The notes beneath the pieces were generated by a model. It saw only the letters and a program-made list of their open reading frames with translations, did not search any database and was not told the DNA's origin. Below, piece after piece: positions 8,153 to 17,473 of a DNA stretch of 24,068 nucleotides. Every line of letters starts with the position of its first letter. Position 1 is the first letter of the stretch. The translations under genes were made by a program, and so were the position numbers. Source of the stretch: Myxococcota bacterium (lineage in GTDB: Bacteria > Myxococcota > XYA12-FULL-58-9 > JALHOP01); the NCBI GenBank assembly GCA_041288095.1, contig JBGGMJ010000122.1, positions 1 to 24,068 of the forward strand. Reading direction: 5' to 3'.

Positions 8153-9793
8153 TCAGCCGACGCGCCGCCGCAGGTGCACGTTGAGGACGATGCCAATCGC
8201 CGCGAGCTTCGCAATGAGACTCGAGCCGCCGTACGAGAAGAACGGCAACGTCAAGCCAACCACCGGCAGCACCCCGATGACCATGCCGACGTTGACGATG
8301 GCTTCCCAGAACAAGCCCGCCCCCAGCCCGGCCGCGAGTAGCGCTCCATAAGGCTCACGCGCATCGGCCGCGACGCTGAAGATGATGACGAGGAGCGCCG
8401 CGTACATGGCGAGCAGCAGGGCACAGCCGACGAAGCCCTGCTCTTCCGCCCATACGCTGAAGGCGAAGTCGGTGTGCTGCTCGGGCAGGAACGATAGCTG
8501 CGTTTGCGTCCCTTCCATGTGACCCTTGCCGACCCAACGACCCGAGCCGACCGCGATCATGGACTGCACGGCGTTCCAACCAGCGCCCTGAATGTCGTTC
8601 TGGGGGTCGATGAACGTCATGATGCGTCGCTTCTGGTAGTCCTTGAGGACACCGAACCAGCTGACGCCTGCGACCGCCGTGCCGAGGAGGCCCAACAATA
8701 CGATCGTCCGCAATCGCACACCAACGACGAGCACCATGGTAAGGCCGGTGCAGAAGATGACGATGGCGTTGTCGAGGTCCGGTTGCATGGCGACGAGCGC
8801 CGCCGGCACCGCCATGATGTCGATGGGCGCGATCAAGATGTCCGTGAGAGAGCCACTCTGCCGTCTTCGGACAGCGAGCAACGAGCCCGTGAGGTACGTA
8901 GCCCCGAGGCCGACGAGACCGATGCGCAACCACCAGCTCGCGGCGAGCTCGGCATGGCTGCCGCCCGGCGTGCCCGCTTCGTTGAGGGCGTTGATGAGGA
9001 ACGCAATCGGATCGCGCACGAGCGGCGCGTTCCACGACAGCCCGAGCCACACCGCGAGCGCGACCGTCATGAGACCGATGAGAATCAAGATGCGCCGCCG
9101 GCGTGTGCGCGGCCAGGGGTTGAGCAGGGCTTGGCTGCGCTCGATGCGGACGACGACCGCGATCGCGATGGCGGCGATAATGACGACCCCGAGGGCCAGC
9201 ACCACGCGGAACCACATGAGATCCGCGGGCTCCACGCGGGCGGTGCCCATGCGCCGGTGGACCAAGCGCGCGAGCTCGCCGATAGGGTCCGCTAAAACAG
9301 GCTTGTTCCAGAACGCGGCAATGCCGGCGAGCACCGCGAGCGGCCGCGACGGATTCAAGGGGCGTAGCAACGACAACAACGTGTAGCCGTCCGGCACGAC
9401 GCGCGTGCTCAGGTAACGCGACATGCCGAAGACGATGGCGAGCTTTGCGAACTCGCTCGGTTGGAACTGGAACGGCCCCAGCATCAGCCAGCGTTGCGCG
9501 CCCTTCGCGTGATGGCCGTGCATGATGACGCCGACCAAGAGCAGGCAGAAGACGCCGTATACCGCATAGGCCACGCTCTCGCTGACGCGATAGTCAGGAA
9601 TGAGCAAGAGCAAGGCGAAGGCGATGCCGAGGCCCATGAACTTGAGCTGTTGGAGATAGAGGCCGGGTGATTCCGCCGCGGCCGCCGAATGCAAGTTGTA
9701 AACGCCGAGTAACGACACCAGGATGACCGCGCCGGCGAGCGGCCAATTGAAGCCGGAGAGGGTTACTCCGCCGCGGCGGACACTCGGGCTCAC
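8153..9793 (-). CDS. rodA: Rod shape-determining protein RodA (SEDS glycosyltransferase), atypically long (546 aa)
   Basis: GAQRW, FQPSEFAK, QPDL, YQKRRI..F.DP, QSMIAVGSG, LPEQHTDF, EEQGFVG, LPFFSYGGSS motifs. GTG at 9793 overlaps the mrdA stop (GTGA). Confidence 0.93.
   Translation of the reverse strand: MSPSVRRGGVTLSGFNWPLAGAVILVSLLGVYNLHSAAAAESPGLYLQQLKFMGLGIAFALLLLIPDYRVSESVAYAVYGVFCLLLVGVIMHGHHAKGAQRWLMLGPFQFQPSEFAKLAIVFGMSRYLSTRVVPDGYTLLSLLRPLNPSRPLAVLAGIAAFWNKPVLADPIGELARLVHRRMGTARVEPADLMWFRVVLALGVVIIAAIAIAVVVRIERSQALLNPWPRTRRRRILILIGLMTVALAVWLGLSWNAPLVRDPIAFLINALNEAGTPGGSHAELAASWWLRIGLVGLGATYLTGSLLAVRRRQSGSLTDILIAPIDIMAVPAALVAMQPDLDNAIVIFCTGLTMVLVVGVRLRTIVLLGLLGTAVAGVSWFGVLKDYQKRRIMTFIDPQNDIQGAGWNAVQSMIAVGSGRWVGKGHMEGTQTQLSFLPEQHTDFAFSVWAEEQGFVGCALLLAMYAALLVIIFSVAADAREPYGALLAAGLGAGLFWEAIVNVGMVIGVLPVVGLTLPFFSYGGSSLIAKLAAIGIVLNVHLRRRVG
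8825..9358 (-). repeat. In-frame ~178-aa insertion in RodA made of two diverged ~92-aa repeat units
   Basis: LNP..TM..WNKPVLADPI...WFR..TM versus LNP..TM..WNAPLVRDPI...WLR..TM. The two WN codons (9310, 9034) are 276 nt apart. Confidence 0.75.
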
Positions 9794-11859
9794 TCGTGCG
9801 CCTCGGTCGTCGCTGCCGCGGTCGCCCTCTTGGGCGCTGGTGGCGGTACCCACGGCACCGGGTTGCCCGACGTGAGACTCATGTCGCGCAACGCGCGCTT
9901 CTCGGCCAACCGGTAGAAGGTATCGATGACCTCGGTCACCACGGGCTCGGCGGTGACGCCGCCGTGACCCGAGTGCTCGTTGAGCACCGCCACGACGATC
10001 TCCGGCTTTTCGGCGGGAGCCCAACCGACGAACCAGCCGTGGTCGCGATGGAAGTAATCCATCTGCTCCATCTTCAAGCGCACCGCCCCGATGCGCACGA
10101 CCTGCGCGGTGCCGCTCTTGCCGGCCATCGTCACCTTCTGTGAGCGGTTGCGATAGCCGGTGCCACCCGGCTCGGCGACGGCGATCAGGCCCTCGCGGAT
10201 GGGCGCCAGATAGTCTTTCGGTAGCTCCACCTTGGAGCGCACGACGCTTACGAGCTCGCGCATGAGCGAGGGCGCGTCACCCTGAACGTCTTCGCGGATG
10301 GCTCCGTAGGCCTGCAGGGTACGGCGCTTCACGCGCAGGTCCGCCGACTCGATGCGCTCGACCATGCGCGGCCCATAGACGGTGCCGTCGTTCGCTATAG
10401 CGGCATAGGCATAGGCGAGCTGCAGCGGCGTGACGAGCACCGAGCCCTGACCGATGGCGGCGTTGATCGCCATACCCTTCTGGTAGCCGCCGGAGGCCTT
10501 GTCGGCGCGGTTGTGATACGCCTCGTCGGGAATGAGGCCCGAGCGCTCGCCGCGGAGCGCGATGCCGCTGACACTACCGAGGCCGAGCATGCGCGACGCC
10601 TTGGCGATGGGCTCGAGGCCCATGCGGCCCGCCATCGTATAGAAGTAGGTATCGCACGACACCTGCAGGGCACGCTTCAAGTCCACCGACCCGTGCGTGC
10701 CGTGGCAGCGCCACGTGTAGTGGCCCATGCGGTACTGGCCAGGGCAGTGCACGTGCTCGCTCGGTGTCGCCGTGTTGCTCATCAGCGCGGCGAGAGCGGT
10801 CGCGACCTTGAAGGTCGACCCCGGCACGAACTGGCCCTGGATAGGACGGTTCAACCACGGGCGCAGAGGGTCCTTGTCGAGCGCGGCTTTCTCGCTGGCC
10901 CCGAGCGCGCCACTCGCGGCATTGGGATCGAACTCCGGCGCGGACACCATCGTCAGCACGCTGCCGGTGTTCGGATCGATGGCGACGACGCTACCGGCGA
11001 CACCTTGCTTCTTGAAGGCGGCCTCGGCGGCGAGTTGCAAATCGAGGTCGACCGACAAGTAGACGTTTTTGCCTGGCTTGGGCTCGAAGCGGCGCTGGTC
11101 GCCGAGCAACGACGTCACGAACGCGTCATGCTGGCGGCGTCCCTTGGCGTCGACGACGACTTGCTCGTAGCCATCGGCGCCACGCAGATCTTCCTCGAAG
11201 GCGCGCTCGATGCCTTCGCGGCCAACCAAGTCGCCGAGCTCGTAACCCATCGGGTTGTTCTTGGCACGCTCGGCCTCGAGCGACATCGGGTCGATCTCGT
11301 TGACGTAGCCGAGCATGTGCGCGGCGAGTGCGCCATAGCGGTAAGCGCGTCGGCGGCCTTCCATGATGTCGACACCGTCGAGCAGGAACACGGCACGGTC
11401 GGCTTCGACGGCTTCGATCTCGCTCGGGCTCAAGTCGCGCTTCACCAGCACGGCCTGGAACTTGTTGAGTCCGCTCTTACGGAGCACCTGAGCGGCGACC
11501 TTGTCGATGTCTTCTTGCGTGAGTCCGAGAATGGACTGAAGACGCGACAACGTAGCCTTGGCGTTGGGACCGCGGCCCAAGAACGCCGGCGTGATCTGCA
11601 GGTCGAGCGACGGCCGGTTGTCGACGAGGATGCGTCCGTGGCGGTCGAAGATGATGCCGCGGTCGTGGGGAATGCGGACGTGCTGCACGAAGTTGCGCTG
11701 GCCCTGGGACGAGAGCTCGTCGCCGCGCACGATCTGCAAGGTGTAAAGGCGAACGAGCATCGCCACGAACACGATGATGACGATGGCCATGGCAAGGCCC
11801 AAGCGCGCCCCGAAGGCGCGGACCGGATTGCGACCCGTGGATTCGGCGGTAAGGGCCAT
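9790..11859 (-). CDS. mrdA: Penicillin-binding protein 2 (class B PBP, elongation transpeptidase)
   Basis: N-terminal TM anchor, RGIIFDRHG, RAYRYG, GREGIE, SxxK (GSTFK), SxD (SCD), KSG (AGKSGTAQV), DHGWFVG; adjacent to rodA. Confidence 0.96.
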   Translation of the reverse strand: MALTAESTGRNPVRAFGARLGLAMAIVIIVFVAMLVRLYTLQIVRGDELSSQGQRNFVQHVRIPHDRGIIFDRHGRILVDNRPSLDLQITPAFLGRGPNAKATLSRLQSILGLTQEDIDKVAAQVLRKSGLNKFQAVLVKRDLSPSEIEAVEADRAVFLLDGVDIMEGRRRAYRYGALAAHMLGYVNEIDPMSLEAERAKNNPMGYELGDLVGREGIERAFEEDLRGADGYEQVVVDAKGRRQHDAFVTSLLGDQRRFEPKPGKNVYLSVDLDLQLAAEAAFKKQGVAGSVVAIDPNTGSVLTMVSAPEFDPNAASGALGASEKAALDKDPLRPWLNRPIQGQFVPGSTFKVATALAALMSNTATPSEHVHCPGQYRMGHYTWRCHGTHGSVDLKRALQVSCDTYFYTMAGRMGLEPIAKASRMLGLGSVSGIALRGERSGLIPDEAYHNRADKASGGYQKGMAINAAIGQGSVLVTPLQLAYAYAAIANDGTVYGPRMVERIESADLRVKRRTLQAYGAIREDVQGDAPSLMRELVSVVRSKVELPKDYLAPIREGLIAVAEPGGTGYRNRSQKVTMAGKSGTAQVVRIGAVRLKMEQMDYFHRDHGWFVGWAPAEKPEIVVAVLNEHSGHGGVTAEPVVTEVIDTFYRLAEKRALRDMSLTSGNPVPWVPPPAPKRATAAATTEAHE

Positions 11860-11958
11860 GGCTCCGATTTCCCAGCTATCACAGCCGACTAGGCATGACG
11901 ACCACCCGCTTCATGGTCGCGTACTTTTTGTTCCGTGGAAGTTCGGTGAACCCTTGCC

Positions 11959-12840
11959 ATGGAGCAGTCGATAACCCCGGCCATGCAGGTCAGCGGTATC
12001 CCCTCCGGCACCCCCGCGCGAACGACAGCTCCGCTCACGCTTCCAGTGAGCGAATGGCTGAAGGTCTCCCGCTTCCATCCACTCGGACAAGCCGAGACGC
12101 TGCGCCTCGTGCTGCAGCTCACCAGGCAGGCGATGGATGCCTACCGCCGTGGTGAGGGCCCGCGCCCGGTCGTGGTCTTCGACCTCGACGACACCTTGTT
12201 CGTGAGCCATCAGCCGCGGACCCACCGCATCTTGCGCGAGTGGCTTGCCGCGCGGCCCGCGCTCGATACCGGCATCGCGCGGGCGCTCGCCGCGGTGAAC
12301 GAACGCGACATCCCCTACGGCGGCGTGAAGCCGACGTTTCAGAAGGCGGCGCGCCTCGAGCTCGGGGATCCGAAAGTCGCGGCGGCGCTGGTCGATTTCG
12401 AGACTTTCTGGAAAGCGCGCTTCTTGTCCAACGCCTACGTCATTCACGACCCACGGCAACCGGGGGGCGTCGATTACGCGCGGGCCATTTTCGCGATGGG
12501 CGCCGGCATCGCCTATCTCAGCGGACGCGACGCTCCCAATATGGGGGAAGGCACGCGCATAGCTATCCGCAATAGTGGACTTCCGGAGCCGTCGGATCGC
12601 GTGCAGCTCTACCTGAAGCCGCGAGCCGACATGGACGACGCGGAGTTCAAACGTAGCGTGCGCGCGGCCATCGCGGCGTCGGGCAAGGTCGTCGCGACTT
12701 TCGACAACGCTCCAGCGAACGTGGTCGTGCTCTCGAAGTCGTTTCCGGACGCCGCGCACGTTTTCGTGGACACCATTTACGACAGTGCGCCGGTGGAGGT
12801 TCGCGACGGCCTCTATCGCGTCAAAGGCTTCACCATCTAG
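11959..12840 (+). CDS. HAD-superfamily hydrolase (acid-phosphatase-like)
   Basis: Motif I VVVFDLDDTLF, motif II YLSGR, candidate motif III Lys (AEFK), motif IV variant TFDN. Start could also be ATG 11983. Confidence 0.85.
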   Translation: MEQSITPAMQVSGIPSGTPARTTAPLTLPVSEWLKVSRFHPLGQAETLRLVLQLTRQAMDAYRRGEGPRPVVVFDLDDTLFVSHQPRTHRILREWLAARPALDTGIARALAAVNERDIPYGGVKPTFQKAARLELGDPKVAAALVDFETFWKARFLSNAYVIHDPRQPGGVDYARAIFAMGAGIAYLSGRDAPNMGEGTRIAIRNSGLPEPSDRVQLYLKPRADMDDAEFKRSVRAAIAASGKVVATFDNAPANVVVLSKSFPDAAHVFVDTIYDSAPVEVRDGLYRVKGFTI

Positions 12841-13349
12841 CGCCAGGAGAGCGAGGCGCGGGTATCTGGAGCCAGACGGCGTTCGATCTTGTCGAGCAAC
12901 GGCGTCACGAGGACACCGACGAATGCGGTGAGCAAGGCTGCGGGCACCAGGATGGCGGTCGAGAAGCTCGCGAACCCCACGCTGCCGCGTAGGCCATAGA
13001 GCAGCGCGAAGAGCAGCGCGTGGTACGCGGCTGTCGCCGCCGCGGTCACCAAAGCGGCGAACACCGGGCCGCTAGCCGCAATCGAGCCAGCCAAGAGCTG
13101 CGTGCCCAGCGCGATGACCCCCAGCGCCAACGGATGCAGGCCAGTAGGGCCCAACTCTTGGCGGCCGACGAGATAGCCGAGCGCCAGCGCAATCATCACG
13201 ACCTGCAGCGCTTCGCGACGCAGGGCCAGGTACACGATGACGATGATGACGGGGTCGGGCATCACGTAACCGAAGCCACCGTGAGCCTCGAGAGCGGTGA
13301 TGAACGACGTCCCTATCCACGCGACCACGATCCACACGAGCGCGCTCAA
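12837..13349 (-). CDS. mreD: Rod shape-determining protein MreD (divergent, 170 aa)
   Basis: Highly hydrophobic multi-TM protein with PDPVIIVIVYLAL resembling the MreD PD-l motif. TTG at 13349 overlaps the mreC stop (TTGA) with GAGGTG upstream. Directly follows mreC. Confidence 0.8.
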   Translation of the reverse strand: MSALVWIVVAWIGTSFITALEAHGGFGYVMPDPVIIVIVYLALRREALQVVMIALALGYLVGRQELGPTGLHPLALGVIALGTQLLAGSIAASGPVFAALVTAAATAAYHALLFALLYGLRGSVGFASFSTAILVPAALLTAFVGVLVTPLLDKIERRLAPDTRASLSWR

Positions 13350-14314
13350 GGCGTCACCTCGCGCACCGGCTCGGCGAGCTCCACCGCGTTGGGCGCAAAG
13401 AGACCCTCGCCGCGCAGCAAGACGTCGGGTGAAATGGGCCCTATGTCGGCTTCCGGTGTCTCGAACGTGGTTCCGGGAGCCCAGCGGCCGATGACCACGA
13501 GCACGTCCTCGAGCTTGCCGACATCCACCGCCGGCTCGATGGTGGCGTTCTGATAGAGCCCGAAAGCGCGCGTCTCCGTCGCCAAGACCTTGCCGACGCG
13601 CAGGCCCTTGGGGAAGACCTCGCCGACGCCACTGGTAACCAAGACGTCGCCGGGCTGCACGTCGGCGGTGCGCGACAGGTACTCGACCTGGATACCGAGC
13701 TGGCGATCGCCGCCGAAGCCACGCACCCGGGCACGGGCGCGCGTGCGCTGCACGAGGACGTCGGTCGAGCTGTTGGCGTCGACGAGCAACATCACATCCG
13801 ACCACTGCATGGTCACGGCGGCGACGCGACCAACGACACCGTCGGCGTTCACCACGGCGGAGCCCACGGTCACGCCGTCGTTGCTGCCACGATCGATGCG
13901 CACGGAGCGAAAGAGCGGCGTCGACGCCATGGCGATGATTTGCGCGTGCACCATGGGCACTCCGCTCGCGCGGTGTCGCACCGACATCAGTGACTTCAAA
14001 CGCTCGTTCTCGAGCCGCATCTCTTCATCGCGCGCGAGCTGTCCGCGTAAGCGGCCAAGCTCCTCCGCCATCACCAAGTTCTGCTCGGCGGTGTCGATGA
14101 GATAGACGTAGCGGTTCCAGACGTTGATGACGCCCTCGACGGTGCCGCGAACGATCCACTGGAACGGCGCCGAGACCGTGACCACGACCTTGTCGAAGAT
14201 GTTGTGGTCGCGCGCTTCCTTCGCGTTCGAGACGTAAAAGACGAACGGCAGCGCGAGCAGCGTCAGGACGATCAGCGGGTCGCGGTAGCGACGTAGAAAT
14301 TCCGACGAGGCCAT
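13346..14314 (-). CDS. mreC: Rod shape-determining protein MreC
   Basis: N-terminal TM, coiled coil (EMRLENERLKSLM), IDRGSNDGV, GVVGRV, GDVLVTSGVGEVFPKGLRVG. Confidence 0.95.
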   Translation of the reverse strand: MASSEFLRRYRDPLIVLTLLALPFVFYVSNAKEARDHNIFDKVVVTVSAPFQWIVRGTVEGVINVWNRYVYLIDTAEQNLVMAEELGRLRGQLARDEEMRLENERLKSLMSVRHRASGVPMVHAQIIAMASTPLFRSVRIDRGSNDGVTVGSAVVNADGVVGRVAAVTMQWSDVMLLVDANSSTDVLVQRTRARARVRGFGGDRQLGIQVEYLSRTADVQPGDVLVTSGVGEVFPKGLRVGKVLATETRAFGLYQNATIEPAVDVGKLEDVLVVIGRWAPGTTFETPEADIGPISPDVLLRGEGLFAPNAVELAEPVREVTP

Positions 14315-14342
14315 GGGCGCTTACGAAATGAAATCACCCGGA

Positions 14343-14390
14343 CACACTGCCGCGTCAACTCGATCTGGGTCGAATTGAGCGCAGTTTGTG
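14343..14390 (-). other. Intercistronic RNA hairpin between mreB and mreC
   Basis: mRNA strand: CAC-aa-ACUGC-GC-UCAAUUCGA-cccaga-UCGAGUUGA-c-GC-g-GCAGU-GUG, 19 pairs including one G-U. No adjacent U-tract. Confidence 0.6.
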
Positions 14391-14403
14391 ACCACCACGT
14401 ACG

Positions 14404-15459
<1,056 letters not shown>

Positions 15460-15680
15460 TCAGCGTATCACAGCGCTCACCAGAAGCTACAATTCCATAA
15501 CGATTCCCGAGCCATATTGGCCTCGAGCACGAATTGACTGTGGGTCATGCCTTACATCGGCCCACATGATCAACCTGGCGCGCAATGCCCCGAGCGATCG
15601 CGTGGCGCGACATAAATGTCAGAAAAACCGCGGCCAAACACAGCTTGCGGCCCGCGCGCGCGGCTTGATAGTCGCGGCGC

Positions 15681-16481
15681 GTGCATTGGGTTATTCGGTC
15701 GCATTGCTTCCCTCTACGGGCTGAGCCGATCCAGCGGATCGATCGCCGGGCTTGCCGAGCGCTTTTTGCGATCGCCCTGCTCGCTTTGGCGGGCTGCGGC
15801 TACGGCTTTGCGGAAGCCCGGGCGCCCTTCGGTGGCAGCCGGGTCGCCGTTTTGACCTTCGCGGAATATGAGCCCTTGGGGATCGCGCCGGACATTGCGC
15901 GTTATCTCGCCGAGCTCGCCGGCCACGAGGGCGCCCAAATCGTTTTCGATTCCGCCAAAGCAGACGAGACCATCAAGGGTGTCATTCGTCAGGGTCGAAC
16001 GGCGGCGTTGCCGGTCGTCGATCCGCAGGCCGCGATCGCCGGATACCAGATCGTCGTCGACATCGATGCGCAGATGGTCGACGGCGCCGGCACCGTGTTG
16101 TGGGCCTCGACCATGAGCTTCAGCGAGGATTTCTTGCCGGGCGCGGGCAATCCCGCGCAGCTCGCCTTGGGCACCGAGACCTCGCGCCGGCGTGCCCTCG
16201 ACCGCGTGGCGCAGCGGGCGGCTCGGGAAATCTACGATCGCATTGCCATGTCGAGCGCCATGGGAGTGCGCGCCGGGCCGCTGCAGCCCGGCAAGAACGT
16301 TCCGCGGATGTCGCCATGGGCGCCGCTGCCGCCACTCACCGCCGCCGGCGCCCCGGTCCTCGGCACCGAGGCGACGACACAGACCGCTCCGCAGAGCGGC
16401 ACCTACGCGCCGCCACAATCACCGACCAATACTCCGGCGACCCGCATCCAGGAGCCCGCCGAGACCACGGAGACGCCCTGA
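15681..16481 (+). CDS. lptE: LptE-like LPS-assembly lipoprotein with a Pro/Thr-rich C-terminal extension
   Basis: Lipobox LALAG-C followed by GYGF; alpha/beta core ending RALDRVAQRAAREIYDRI; directly upstream of holA as in the widespread lptE-holA arrangement. Start codon uncertain. Confidence 0.68.
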   Translation: MHWVIRSHCFPLRAEPIQRIDRRACRALFAIALLALAGCGYGFAEARAPFGGSRVAVLTFAEYEPLGIAPDIARYLAELAGHEGAQIVFDSAKADETIKGVIRQGRTAALPVVDPQAAIAGYQIVVDIDAQMVDGAGTVLWASTMSFSEDFLPGAGNPAQLALGTETSRRRALDRVAQRAAREIYDRIAMSSAMGVRAGPLQPGKNVPRMSPWAPLPPLTAAGAPVLGTEATTQTAPQSGTYAPPQSPTNTPATRIQEPAETTETP

Positions 16482-17473
16482 TGCCGGCACGCAGCGATTT
16501 CGACCGCTACATCAAGGATCCCAACGAGCCTGTCGTCGCCCTCGTCGGCACCGACACGCTGTTGCTCCGCGATGCCATCGACGTCCTGCGGGCCAAGACG
16601 TTGACGCGCGCGCCCGACTTCAACCGCGACGAGATGCGGGCCGGCGAAACGACCATCGAGCGTGTCCTCGATGCCGCGCGCACCATGCCCATGATGGCGG
16701 AGAAGCGCTGGGTGCACTTGTCGGCCATCGACAAGCTCAAGGTCGAGGCTCAAGCCGCCGTGCTCGCCTACTTGGAGGCGCCGTCGCCGACGACCGTGCT
16801 CTGCTTGTCGGGCGAGAAGATCGACCAGCGCACCAAGCTCGGGTCACGCCTCGCCAAGGACGGTCGCTTGTTCGCCTTCGAGCCGCCACGGCAGAACGAG
16901 CTCGCCCAGTGGGTTGCGCGACGCGCGGCACGCCATCAGACGAAGATCGATCCCGACGCGGCGCAGCTGTTGGCGGATCTCATCGGCATCGAGCTCGGCT
17001 CGCTCGACATGGCTCTCTCCAAGCTTGCCGTGTACGCCGGCGCGGATACAGCGATCACCGCGGAGCACGTCGAGCAGTTGGTGGCTCCGACGCGCGTCCA
17101 CAGCATCTTCGAGCTGACGGACGCGATCGGCGCTCGCGATGCCGCGAAGGCGTCGGGCTTGCTTCGCAACGCCTTGGACGGCGGCGAGAACGGCTTGATG
17201 GTGCTGGGGATGATCGCTCGCCAGTTCCGTCAGCTCATCGGCGTCAAGGAGATGCTCGACGAGGGCGCGCGCAACAACGATCTCGCGAGCGAGCTCGGCA
17301 TCCGGCCCTTCTTGGTCGACGCGTTGAAGGCGCAGTCGCGACGCTATAGCAAACGCGAGCTGGAAGAGGCGTTGCTCGCGGTGCAGCGCACCGACGTGAA
17401 GCTCAAGTCATCGCGGCTGGCGCACGGCGTGACCCTCGACCGGCTGCTCGTCGATGTGATGGGCGGCGCCTAG
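16481..17473 (+). CDS. holA: DNA polymerase III delta subunit (330 aa)
   Basis: ATG 16481 overlaps the upstream stop (TGATG); LVGTD..L, DFN, ARTMPMMAEKR, YLEAPSPTT, IDPDAAQLL, LSKLAVY, SIFELTDAI, DVKLKSS. Confidence 0.92.
   Translation: MPARSDFDRYIKDPNEPVVALVGTDTLLLRDAIDVLRAKTLTRAPDFNRDEMRAGETTIERVLDAARTMPMMAEKRWVHLSAIDKLKVEAQAAVLAYLEAPSPTTVLCLSGEKIDQRTKLGSRLAKDGRLFAFEPPRQNELAQWVARRAARHQTKIDPDAAQLLADLIGIELGSLDMALSKLAVYAGADTAITAEHVEQLVAPTRVHSIFELTDAIGARDAAKASGLLRNALDGGENGLMVLGMIARQFRQLIGVKEMLDEGARNNDLASELGIRPFLVDALKAQSRRYSKRELEEALLAVQRTDVKLKSSRLAHGVTLDRLLVDVMGGA

Noticed and set aside
8123..8155. Tiny hairpins GACC-CTG-GGTC and TCCTC-GGAC-GAGGA between the RCC1 gene and rodA
   Set aside because: Stems of 4-5 bp with no U-tract; too weak to call a terminator.
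8825..9358. RodA insertion as an intein or mobile element
   Set aside because: No intein-like C/S start or HN end, no nuclease motif or terminal repeats; it is hydrophobic and internally repeated.
10513..11892. 459-aa antisense ORF over mrdA
   Set aside because: Shadow frame of a well-supported gene.
15575..15592. TGGCGCGCAATGC as a sigma54 promoter
   Set aside because: GG-to-GC spacing does not fit the -24/-12 consensus.
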